Source: Thiotrichales bacterium 19S9-11
Lineage (GTDB): Bacteria; Pseudomonadota; Gammaproteobacteria; Francisellales; Francisellaceae
DNA length: 32,000 nt
Direction of reading: 5' to 3'
NCBI GenBank assembly: GCA_021713395.1
Contig: JAKJJT010000014.1
Span: 2,628 to 34,627 of the forward strand
Shown here in pieces: positions 1-8,057 of the stretch. The position numbers and the translations under genes were made by a program. The stretch's first letter is position 1; each line of letters begins with the position of its first letter. The notes under the pieces were generated by a model. It saw only the letters and a list, made by a program, of their open reading frames with translations. It ran no database searches and was not told the origin of the DNA.

Positions 1-704
1 GCTTTTAAGCTATCAAAGTTTATGCCAAAAGTATTAAACTCAATTAAGCCAGGAAAATCTTTTTGTGTAAATTGATAGGCTCTATCATAATCCCTTATAA
101 GCCTTAATGTTTTTGTATCTTCTGGTAGTGGATTTACTCTTTTTAGTTGTTCACTATACCCAATAGTTATGATACTTCCTGCATAGTGATTAATCTTACT
201 ATATGTAGAAGCATGATCTATAGCGCTCTTATAATTTGATAAGAGGAATGCACTACAAAACCAAGGATCAGTTACCACCGCACTAGGATAATTTTTAGAT
301 AGCTCCTCTATGCTAGCAGCAACTTTCTGCCTATCTGTAATATTAGCCAAGTTTTTATCTTGATGAATCAAGCAAAAAACATGAGTTGGTGTATAGATAC
401 TTGTGATATATGCAGTCTCACCAATACTGACAGCCAATGAGCCTAAATACGTTGCAGTTGTAGAAACTTCATCACAGAGTCCTGTTTTATATTTTAATGC
501 AGCTTGCGCTCTAGCAGGTGAGTGAGATTGAGATTTTTTTGGTATACTATCTCTTAGTTTATCCAAATCATGGCTCAATACCTTACGAAAAGCAATTGAG
601 TCAGGATCATTATATAACATTGGAATATTTTGTGAATATTTTTCATTATTGCGAACAGCTAATGTTATTGCAATTGCGATGCGAAATAATTCTGATTGAT
701 TCAT
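1..704 (-). CDS. hypothetical protein (N-terminus complete, C-terminus beyond window edge); possible Cys-His-Asp hydrolase fold
   Basis: Own minus-strand translation: ATG at 702-704, MNQSELFRIAIAITLAVRNNEKYSQNIPMLYNDPDSIAFRKVL..., open to base 1 (at least 234 codons). It is absent from the ORF track only because it has no stop in the window. The ordered motifs KTGLCDEVS, PTHVFCLIH and VVTDPW resemble the Cys/His/Asp elements of transglutaminase/papain-like folds (motif level only). The + ORF 518..775 is its antisense shadow. Confidence 0.55.
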   Translation of the reverse strand, partial: MNQSELFRIAIAITLAVRNNEKYSQNIPMLYNDPDSIAFRKVLSHDLDKLRDSIPKKSQSHSPARAQAALKYKTGLCDEVSTTATYLGSLAVSIGETAYITSIYTPTHVFCLIHQDKNLANITDRQKVAASIEELSKNYPSAVVTDPWFCSAFLLSNYKSAIDHASTYSKINHYAGSIITIGYSEQLKRVNPLPEDTKTLRLIRDYDRAYQFTQKDFPGLIEFNTFGINFDSLK

Positions 705-951
705 TTTGTTATATCATAACATTTTATTACAATATTAAAATATATCATACATTCTTCATTACTAAAAGCATTTAAATAACTTATGAGATTTCTTTTTAAT
801 AAAGCACAAAAATTGAGTTAGCGTCCCTAACCAATCTCTGACTAACAAAGTACAGACCTTTTACCAACACTTCTCAAAGACCAAACACTCCGTAAATTGG
901 TTAATTTCTTGAAAGTTTTTCAAGAAAATTTTGGTTTAGTGTGAAATTTGC

Positions 952-974
952 GAAAATGGGCATTTCAAGCCCAT
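952..974 (-). terminator. weak candidate rho-independent terminator downstream of the GFA/Rpn genes
   Basis: Stem ATGGGC (956-961) / GCCCAT (969-974) with a 7-nt loop. On the minus strand the hairpin is followed by only a short U run (UUUCGCAAAUUU). Confidence 0.25.
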
Positions 975-1020
975 ATTAGGCACTTAACTTATTGATAAGC
1001 AATCGTATTAAGTCATTTGA

Positions 1021-1137
1021 GATCGTTTAATCTGGATTAATTATGAAGGTCATTTTTCATAATTAATCATGTCTAATTTTTTTGAAGTTTATTTTCTAAT
1101 CAAATATTCGAATTTTATTGATACAGATTAAACGATC
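1021..1137. repeat. MITE-like unit: 14-bp terminal inverted repeats enclosing a perfect 13-bp hairpin
   Basis: gatcgtttaatctg (1021-1034) is the exact reverse complement of cagattaaacgatc (1124-1137). Inner hairpin: gattaattatgaa (1035-1047) / ttcataattaatc (1056-1068). No ORF inside. Confidence 0.4.
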
Positions 1138-1169
1138 AAGCATTAGCGCATTGTTTTGGAATATATTTT

Positions 1170-1583
1170 CTATTTATTTGGATTTTCTTTGAATGATTGT
1201 AAGGAGCTATCAATACTAGAACAGTCCAATGCATCATCTAACCAGATATTAATCTGTGGTGCATACTCTTCTGGCTTTAATAAAGAGCCAGCATAGACGA
1301 TAAATAAATGAGGCCAGTGTTGTGGTTTTCCAAATAAAGTAGAGCCACACTCTGGGCAAAATCCATGCTTCTTAGGTGAACCGCTATCACCAATTGATTG
1401 ATACCACTTCACATTGCCACTGATAATAACAAAGTCAGCGTCACAAGCAAGGTACTCAATATGATCAGATCCTGACTTAACTTGGCAAGATCGACAGTAA
1501 CAGCGCCCAGTGCGTAAAGGTTCTTTTTCAATTTTATATTTGACACTGCCGCATAGGCATTGACCTTTTATGGGTAATTTCAT
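1170..1583 (-). CDS. GFA-family (glutathione-dependent formaldehyde-activating / CENP-V-like) zinc-binding protein
   Basis: 137 aa with the family's cysteine pattern: CLCGSVKY, CYCRSCQ, FCPECGSTLF. Confidence 0.8.
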   Translation of the reverse strand: MKLPIKGQCLCGSVKYKIEKEPLRTGRCYCRSCQVKSGSDHIEYLACDADFVIISGNVKWYQSIGDSGSPKKHGFCPECGSTLFGKPQHWPHLFIVYAGSLLKPEEYAPQINIWLDDALDCSSIDSSLQSFKENPNK

Positions 1584-1631
1584 TTGTATATTTTATTTCT
1601 GGTTTATATATAACTATTTATTTAAAACTGA

Positions 1632-2579
1632 TTAGCGTTTATTTTTATTATCTATATCTTTTTTCAGCTCATGAACTGTTTCTAATTCAAGTCCTGTACA
1701 TTCAGCGACCAGTTTTGGTGGCAGTTCTTTAGCTAACATATTACGAGCTGTCTCTTGCTTTTCATGAATGCGACCTTGTTCCATGCCTTTTTTTGTAGCT
1801 CGTAGCTCCATTTTTTCTAAATAATTCATAAAATCACCATCTGTATTTTGATTAATGACGTCTATTAATTTTTCAACTGACTTTTTATTCGTTTCTTTTC
1901 GACTGTCTATATAAGAGAATACCTGAAATAGTAGGTTTTTTCTAGCATTTAAGAAATATACGGATTGTTCTGGATGCTTTAAAAGCCACTTTGTTAAATG
2001 CTCAATTAGGTTATCTCGACTGTATTTTAACATGTATTCGAATAGCAAGTCAGGATCAAACTTTGCTAACTTGTCATCATCAAGAGTAGTTAAGTCAACG
2101 AGCTCAAACTCTTTAAAAGCATATTTCTTAGCTAGTAACGGATCATCAAAGCAGTCAAAAATGTTATTGGAAAAAGGACAAGGAGATTTTTCCCCATGGT
2201 AAATTACCCCAGGTATAATTAAAGGTAATTTACCATGTCCTTTATTTAAGTGGTTCTGCATAATTTGCACACTATATTGTAGTATTCTAAATGCCATTAG
2301 CATGTCTTCTGATGACTGATGTTCCCACAACAAATAAATATAAGCATCTTTATCATTTACTTTAACTGAATAAAGCACATCACTGACTAGAGTCTGAAGG
2401 TTCTTTTGAATAAAGTCTGTCGACTTTTTATCAAGCGTTGATAGATCCATTTGCTTGATGATGCTCTTTGGCAAATGGTTATGAATAATCTTAACCATTT
2501 TGCTTTTCTCAGAGAGATTTGCTTTAAAGAACGAATCATGCGGAGTCGTAATTGAGTTAGATTTTTTTGATTTTGCCAC
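1632..2579 (-). CDS. Rpn-family recombination-promoting nuclease / putative transposase (YhgA-like, PD-(D/E)XK)
   Basis: 315 aa. N-terminal TPHDSFFK signature, then ...DVLYSV...YIYLLWEHQS... (nuclease core) and the typical helical C-terminal tail. Confidence 0.8.
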   Translation of the reverse strand: MAKSKKSNSITTPHDSFFKANLSEKSKMVKIIHNHLPKSIIKQMDLSTLDKKSTDFIQKNLQTLVSDVLYSVKVNDKDAYIYLLWEHQSSEDMLMAFRILQYSVQIMQNHLNKGHGKLPLIIPGVIYHGEKSPCPFSNNIFDCFDDPLLAKKYAFKEFELVDLTTLDDDKLAKFDPDLLFEYMLKYSRDNLIEHLTKWLLKHPEQSVYFLNARKNLLFQVFSYIDSRKETNKKSVEKLIDVINQNTDGDFMNYLEKMELRATKKGMEQGRIHEKQETARNMLAKELPPKLVAECTGLELETVHELKKDIDNKNKR

Positions 2580-2671
2580 AGTATTTACAATCCATCGGAG
2601 TCGTTACAACCAATGAGTTATTGTATCATTTTTCCATAAGCTGATCATTAATATCTGATATCTAAAACAAC

Positions 2672-3240
2672 AAACTGCGTTCTTTTCGTGCCCTTAGGAG
2701 CGGTAGCGACAACAGGGTGCAAAAGTATAATCAACGCAGTTTAACCTTATTAATAGTACGAAGTACTCTCCTGGCGAAGCAGCGGCCGTCGAGCCAAGCT
2801 TTGACAGAAAAATGCAACGAACGCACGCGTTTAGTACCCTTAGCGGAGCGACAGGGTGCTGCGTGAGTAGCTTCTTTTTCGTCACAGCTGACAGGCTTGA
2901 CCAAGATGGTTACACTTATAAGCTTAGTGAATAATGACGCAGTCAATTATGAGCTTTAGCGTTAAGATGGAAGCATCTTGGTCAAGCGTGGAACACGCGT
3001 AGACGGCCGCTGAGCAATCCCCAAACAAGTTTGGGGAGCGGCGAGCGAAAAGTGAAAATCTGTGCCCTTAGGAGCAACGCGACGACAGGGTGCAGATTAG
3101 AGTCTTTGAGTAGCCTAAGGGGCTTTAAATCAAGGCATACAGCGAATTTTATGAGCTTCAAAATTAAAGAGCTTAGTGTTTTTTACATCACGCACGTTTA
3201 GCCCCCCTTAGCGGAGCGACAGGGGGTCGTGTATGTAAAA
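2672..3240 (+). repeat. ORF-free GC-rich island: four related imperfect hairpins (A1-A4) plus nested long-range inverted repeats; candidate structured RNA / ssDNA element
   Basis: A1 is 2672-2742 (outer stem aaactgcgtt/aacgcagttt, inner GTGCCCT/AGGGTGC). A2 is 2821-2866, A3 is 3057-3098 (12-bp stem) and A4 is 3181-3240. Shared apex: CCCT-TAG(C)GGAGC..GCGAC-AGGG. The A2 and A4 loops are identical (tagcggagcgac). Extra inverted repeats: 2780-2790/3002-3012, 2896-2908/2974-2986, 3019-3026/3029-3036. The G:T oppositions in the stems are wobble-compatible only on the + strand. Confidence 0.6.
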
Positions 3241-3251
3241 ATAAGCGAAAA

Positions 3252-3324
3252 GTTAGGAAACTAGTTAAGACACTTGTTAGGATATTCTTGTTTTCCTAAC
3301 CAATATCCTAACTTCTATCCTAAA
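3252..3324. promoter_or_regulatory. cluster of five TTAGGA(A/T)A sites in -> -> <- <- <- arrangement (candidate protein-binding array / oriT-like region)
   Basis: gttaggaaa 3252-3260, gttaggatatt 3276-3286, tttcctaac 3292-3300, aatatcctaac 3302-3312, tatcctaaa 3316-3324. The complementary pairs interleave, so they cannot all form simple hairpins at once. Confidence 0.4.
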
Positions 3325-3339
3325 AAGAAGTGATTTAGT

Positions 3340-4596
3340 CTAATCATCTATTTTTAGGATATTGCCTACTTCTTTATTATTCGTAAAGTTGCATATAGGA
3401 GTTATAGGCGAAGTGGATTTTACTGTATCTTGATTTTTGGGAACCTTGTTTTCTTCTTTTCTTAAATCACTATATAGATCTAATGAGCTAGTATCATATG
3501 ACAATGAAGTATTATAAATGGCAATTTGCTCCAGAATTAAATTAATATGTTTACCTAATATATCTGGAGCACTCCCATAATCTTTTTTATTTTCAAAAGA
3601 GATTACATATAAATTAACTAAAGCTTTGCTGATATAGTTTAAGCAAGTTTTTAATATATTTATTCCATTTTTTGTGTCACCATCTTCAAGATAGTTAGTC
3701 AAAGAGTTTAATAAATTTAACATGATTTTTTGTTTATCTTTATTCTTTGACTTAGGTATATATTTACTTATATCACTAATCGCGTTGTAAACAACTTTCA
3801 GAGCATTACCTTGTAGAGTGAATGAGTTGCTATATACCTCGTTTTCATCTCCTAAAATTCCGGTATAAAGCTTTCTAATTAGTTTTTGCTTCTCAATATT
3901 ATCTAGATTATCTTTCGCGTTTATTTGTAAAATGAACGTTTTCAATAAATCTATCTTTGACTCATCTAAATAAGCAATATCATACTCTGCAGTTAGTGAC
4001 GTAGGTAGTTTATTAAATAAAGAAATAACGTCATTACACCACTTTTCATTAAGTTCAGTAGATTTAAGATAATCTTGTCTTAGAGTATCTGCTGTGTCTT
4101 GATTTTCAGTAGTTGGTAACAGTTTTAATAGGCTACCAAGTTGATCTGATGGTTGTTTAATCCTAGCTAAAACTGTTGAGTAAACATATTCTCCACCACC
4201 TATTGCCATTAGCTTAAATGAGTCTGTCCATGTTAAGAAGCTTTTTAATTCTAAAAGATTATCTTTTACATTTTGGTTCTTTAAAGTTTCATAAACTATA
4301 TTTAAAATATTTAAATCACACAGATTAAACTTCACACCATCAACATTATCTTTATCATAGTCTCCTTCAATCATTCTAGTTTGTTCTAATATTCCTTTTA
4401 AGTTTTTTGTAAACTTCTCTAATGCACTAAAGCATTTTTGAATGTTATCCATAGAAGGGCTTTGGATAAGATCCTTTACCTGTTTTAATAAGTCATCAGC
4501 TGATTTGCTAAACTGATTTGAACCATTAACATTCAGTTGTTCACAGTATTTATCTATGGCTTGTATTGCCAATTGTTGTTTTTCTGTTAGCATCAT
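3340..4596 (-). CDS. hypothetical protein, 418 aa, predicted mostly helical, no recognisable motif
   Basis: Long ORF with a GGGGGA Shine-Dalgarno sequence just upstream of tandem ATG ATG. Last gene of the tra-side transcription unit. Confidence 0.7.
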   Translation of the reverse strand: MMLTEKQQLAIQAIDKYCEQLNVNGSNQFSKSADDLLKQVKDLIQSPSMDNIQKCFSALEKFTKNLKGILEQTRMIEGDYDKDNVDGVKFNLCDLNILNIVYETLKNQNVKDNLLELKSFLTWTDSFKLMAIGGGEYVYSTVLARIKQPSDQLGSLLKLLPTTENQDTADTLRQDYLKSTELNEKWCNDVISLFNKLPTSLTAEYDIAYLDESKIDLLKTFILQINAKDNLDNIEKQKLIRKLYTGILGDENEVYSNSFTLQGNALKVVYNAISDISKYIPKSKNKDKQKIMLNLLNSLTNYLEDGDTKNGINILKTCLNYISKALVNLYVISFENKKDYGSAPDILGKHINLILEQIAIYNTSLSYDTSSLDLYSDLRKEENKVPKNQDTVKSTSPITPICNFTNNKEVGNILKIDD

Positions 4597-4664
4597 TTCC
4601 CCCTAGTCAACATATTAATTAAATATATCATAAATAACATAATAACTGATAGTAATATATTTAA

Positions 4665-5354
4665 TTAGTGTGTAATCATTAATTTCCCTGAAATGTCTGT
4701 AAATTTAAATTTTTGTTTTAACTCACCTGTAAACTTGACTGACTGTTTATTAACTAATATTGACCCTGTTTTTTGAAAAACATTCATCAAATTTTTTGTC
4801 CTTTTGTTTGATAAAAAATACTGTACTGCTGTATACTTTCCGTCCCTAATATCTTTAATATAATCACCCCATAAAGCCCTATATCGTTGTTTAGATTTAA
4901 TTGTTCTTTCAAGCTCGACAGCAATTGTTTTATTATTTATATTGATTATCGCATCAGGTACCTTTCCAACTTTTCCTAGAGTGATTTTTTTAGTTGCTTT
5001 CATTTCTACGCCTTTTTCTAATAAAAGTAGCTTTAGTTCTTGAAGATTATAGTGATGTATTGCTGTTAGTTCGTTAAACTTAGATGGTTCAAATTTTTGG
5101 TTTTCATCTAATTTTTCGAGCTCACTAATTCCATTCCAAGTAATTCCCCATACGGTGTTTAATGGTTGATTTGGAATAAACCTTAATACCAAACCTTTTT
5201 CTTCTAGTTTTTTCAACGCTTTTATTACACCTGGTGTCTGCAAACCTGTATATTTGCGTAGAATGGCTACATTAGAAAACTTAAATTCGTATAACCAGTT
5301 AAGAATTTTATTTGTTGTTTCTTTTTGTTTCTTAATTAAGTTGGGGTTTGCCAT
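4665..5354 (-). CDS. winged-helix + PD-(D/E)XK 'replication-relaxation'-like protein; candidate MOBC-type (restriction-endonuclease-like) relaxase
   Basis: 229 aa. N-terminal wHTH-like segment (ILRKYTGLQTPGVIKALKKLEEKGLV), then HHYNLQEL..., then VPDAIININNKTIAVELERTIKSKQRY (a PD...E-x-E-x2-K nuclease motif). An AAGGA RBS overlaps the traD stop, which suggests translational coupling. Confidence 0.55.
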   Translation of the reverse strand: MANPNLIKKQKETTNKILNWLYEFKFSNVAILRKYTGLQTPGVIKALKKLEEKGLVLRFIPNQPLNTVWGITWNGISELEKLDENQKFEPSKFNELTAIHHYNLQELKLLLLEKGVEMKATKKITLGKVGKVPDAIININNKTIAVELERTIKSKQRYRALWGDYIKDIRDGKYTAVQYFLSNKRTKNLMNVFQKTGSILVNKQSVKFTGELKQKFKFTDISGKLMITH

Positions 5355-5364
5355 AGCACAGTCC

Positions 5365-7308
5365 TTATATATCTACAAAACCATTGAAATTGTCATCATC
5401 TTTATTCTTTTTTAAATCATCAGTTAGACGCTCGCCTTCTTTTGTTCTTAATGTTTCATTAGCTTTATCATTTGAGCTAGCCTTAGATGATTTAATGGCT
5501 ATTTCTTTTTTATCTACTAAAGCATACAGCTTTGATGCAGTATTTATTTTAAATTGATGATGGTCTGTTTTTAAAATGTCAGTATGAATACGTGCAAAAT
5601 CATTATCTGATAGCAATGAAGAAAGCAAAATAGCTGTTCTTTTGCCTCCTGAAGAAATTTCATTCTCAGTAAGTTTAAACTCATCGTGTGTTGTCCATCT
5701 TCTCTCATGAGATGTTTTACTTGAGCCTCCAGCATTACTAATATCGTCTTCATATGCTTTATGATAAGTTTTCTTGCCACATCGCTGTTGAATTAACTTA
5801 ATTAGTGCAATATCACTAGCATTATGTACCGCTATAAAATGAGAGTTTGATAGTAACTCTTGCGCATAATTTGGATTTTGTAGTGCTTCATTAGGAGATG
5901 TGGTGAAGTTGCTAATATCCTGAAAGTTAAAAACTAGAGAGCACTTTTGTGATCTAATTGTTGCCAAATTATCCATAATAGCCGTATTCATAATGAATTT
6001 AAACTCATCAATAACAACCATACATTGGGTTGAGTTTATATGGTCTCTTTGATTAATATGTTCAAAGATTGTTGTAAATAATATTTGAGCTTGTTGACGT
6101 GATACATCATTTGTTTTTGCTTTTGAGCAACGAATATAAAGAACATCCCCACTCTCAATTATCTCTTTTAAATTTAACCCTTCTTTAGTATTAAAGATCT
6201 GATAATCATCTAGGTATGTGAAAAGGTTAAGCGTATCTTCACTATCTTGTATAAGTTCAGGAAAATGAGCTAGTGCTCTTTTAATCTCATTTGGTGTGAT
6301 ATTTTCTTCATATATTTGCTGAGATATCTTATGTAATGCCATTTCCGTTCTTTGTGCCCATATACGAGCATTACTATTTTTTAACTTCTGAAGTTCTAAG
6401 GCAGAAGTTAAAATATCTCTAAATTGGTTACTTGTTAATCCCTTAAATATAGATATCTGAGGTACTAGTACATCAAGATCAACAACATGCATCTTCTTCT
6501 TGTTTTGATGTGCAAAATCAACACAAGCATTGTACATATATTCATCAGGCTTTGGATCAAAAACAATGTTTGTAACTTTCTCTTTACTTGTTTGATATAA
6601 GTACATTCGTGTTAAAACACCTTTACCCATACCACTACCACCAATTATGGTAAAATGACCATCTAAAGATTTAAGAAAATCAGTATAGATAGGTTGTCTA
6701 TACTCATTTAAACCATGAAACAATAAGCCTTTTTTTATGAACTTTATTACGTCATAATCAATCGTTTCTCTTTTCTTGCCATCTGGATTATAAATTACCC
6801 TGCTTGTATTATTCATTTGATAAGATGTTGAAATTCTGTTTAAACGACTCATCACTACTCTGTCAATAAAAGGCTTTATAACAGGCAGTCTATGAAACTT
6901 AACTTGTATCAATATATAAATAATTAAGGTTTCAGCAAATAATAATATATATTCATTAAGATACAGATCATAAGTAGAAAAATCATTTTCATATTCAGTT
7001 GCATAAAATAATAAACTATTAAATACCAACCAATAGATAAACAAACCTAAAATAAGGTATCTACAGACTGAAGCAGTATTAATTATTTGTCTATGAATAA
7101 AAGGTAATGGTCTAGTCTCAGCATCTGGTGAAAATTCTTTTAACTGATTTGTAAAGGATATTATGAGTATGGCAAACAGGCTTACCAATATCAGCAACCC
7201 TGAATCCATCATATTTAATACTAATGAGCTAAAAAGCTTTATATTTAGAAACCAATTCAAGCCATCAATTGTAAATATATATAATTGATTTAATAGGTTT
7301 TCATACAT
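5365..7308 (-). CDS. traD: type IV coupling protein TraD
   Basis: 647 aa. N-terminal TM segments, P-loop IIGGSGMGKGVLT, Walker B CMVVIDEFKF, acidic C-terminal tail. Sits after traT as in F. Confidence 0.9.
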   Translation of the reverse strand: MYENLLNQLYIFTIDGLNWFLNIKLFSSLVLNMMDSGLLILVSLFAILIISFTNQLKEFSPDAETRPLPFIHRQIINTASVCRYLILGLFIYWLVFNSLLFYATEYENDFSTYDLYLNEYILLFAETLIIYILIQVKFHRLPVIKPFIDRVVMSRLNRISTSYQMNNTSRVIYNPDGKKRETIDYDVIKFIKKGLLFHGLNEYRQPIYTDFLKSLDGHFTIIGGSGMGKGVLTRMYLYQTSKEKVTNIVFDPKPDEYMYNACVDFAHQNKKKMHVVDLDVLVPQISIFKGLTSNQFRDILTSALELQKLKNSNARIWAQRTEMALHKISQQIYEENITPNEIKRALAHFPELIQDSEDTLNLFTYLDDYQIFNTKEGLNLKEIIESGDVLYIRCSKAKTNDVSRQQAQILFTTIFEHINQRDHINSTQCMVVIDEFKFIMNTAIMDNLATIRSQKCSLVFNFQDISNFTTSPNEALQNPNYAQELLSNSHFIAVHNASDIALIKLIQQRCGKKTYHKAYEDDISNAGGSSKTSHERRWTTHDEFKLTENEISSGGKRTAILLSSLLSDNDFARIHTDILKTDHHQFKINTASKLYALVDKKEIAIKSSKASSNDKANETLRTKEGERLTDDLKKNKDDDNFNGFVDI

Positions 7309-8057
7309 TAAAAGATACCCGCAATCTCTTTTGATACTTCCCTAGCTAAAACTGGCTTAGCATCTTCAATATCAAGATTCATCTGATCAGCAATACTTGC
7401 TACACGAGTTCGATATCTTAACCAATCAGTTTTTTTATTTAGAGTTTGCTTTGTTGAAGCACTTGCTCCTTGAGATAGATTAGACTGAGTTACTTCAGTT
7501 ACCTCCCCATCTGTTCTGACTGACACTTGTACATCTGTAATCATTGAATAAGTAACATCTTTAACTAATGAATCAGTAATCCAACTGGCTGCTGCTGTTG
7601 CTCCACCAACGCTCAAACCAACACCAGTTGAGTGATAGGCCAACCCAGTAGAGACTCCTGCAAGACCACTCATTAGCGCATTACCAAAACCACTATTAAC
7701 AGAACTCCAAACAGTCTGAGGATTAGGAGCTTCGCCTAATTGAAGTAGATTAACTTGAACCATATCATGTGCTTGGTCAATATCGTCTGTAACTTCCCAT
7801 CCCCTGCTTTCTAATTCAGAAACTAATGATGTTTGTAAATCAATATCTTCTGCTGTTGTATTTTTTACTTGAACATATATTGTTTGCTCATTTTTACTGA
7901 CAGGGTCTAAAAAGATACTTTGACTCATCTTAGACTCAGTCTTTAAACTATGATGATTCATTGCTGTTGACATAGCAGCACATCCAGATAGCTGGACAAG
8001 TCCAATGGTTATTGCACTTGATGCTGCTAATAATTTAATGTTTTTCTTAAAAGTCAT
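7308..8057 (-). CDS. traT: TraT surface-exclusion / complement-resistance outer-membrane lipoprotein
   Basis: Lipobox LSGCAAMSTA. Collinear similarity to my recollection of F TraT (AMSTA..., ...YSMITDVQ..., ...YRTRV...EEAKPVL...). Confidence 0.92.
   Translation of the reverse strand: MTFKKNIKLLAASSAITIGLVQLSGCAAMSTAMNHHSLKTESKMSQSIFLDPVSKNEQTIYVQVKNTTAEDIDLQTSLVSELESRGWEVTDDIDQAHDMVQVNLLQLGEAPNPQTVWSSVNSGFGNALMSGLAGVSTGLAYHSTGVGLSVGGATAAASWITDSLVKDVTYSMITDVQVSVRTDGEVTEVTQSNLSQGASASTKQTLNKKTDWLRYRTRVASIADQMNLDIEDAKPVLAREVSKEIAGIF

Noticed and set aside
518-775. 85-aa plus-strand ORF
   Set aside because: It is an antisense shadow of the longer minus-strand ORF that starts at 704, and its composition is low-complexity and Ile/Tyr/Phe-rich.
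2694-2946. Two overlapping minus-strand ORFs (63 and 71 aa) in the GC-rich island
   Set aside because: They overlap each other in different frames and are Arg/Cys/Ala-rich, as expected from translating GC-rich hairpins. They have no RBS and are fully explained by the repeat structure.
2672-3240. CRISPR array or integron attC cassette array
   Set aside because: The repeats are not near-identical direct repeats with regular 30-40 bp spacers; spacing is about 140, 230 and 135 bp. The GTTTAG elements do not fit the GTTRRRY / RYYYAAC core geometry. No cas or intI gene is present.
5365-7308. Apparently deviant Walker A (GSGMGKGV, Gly instead of Ser/Thr after Lys) in TraD
   Set aside because: As I recall them, VirD4/TraG-type coupling proteins commonly carry an SGKGVG-type P-loop, so this is probably normal for the family.
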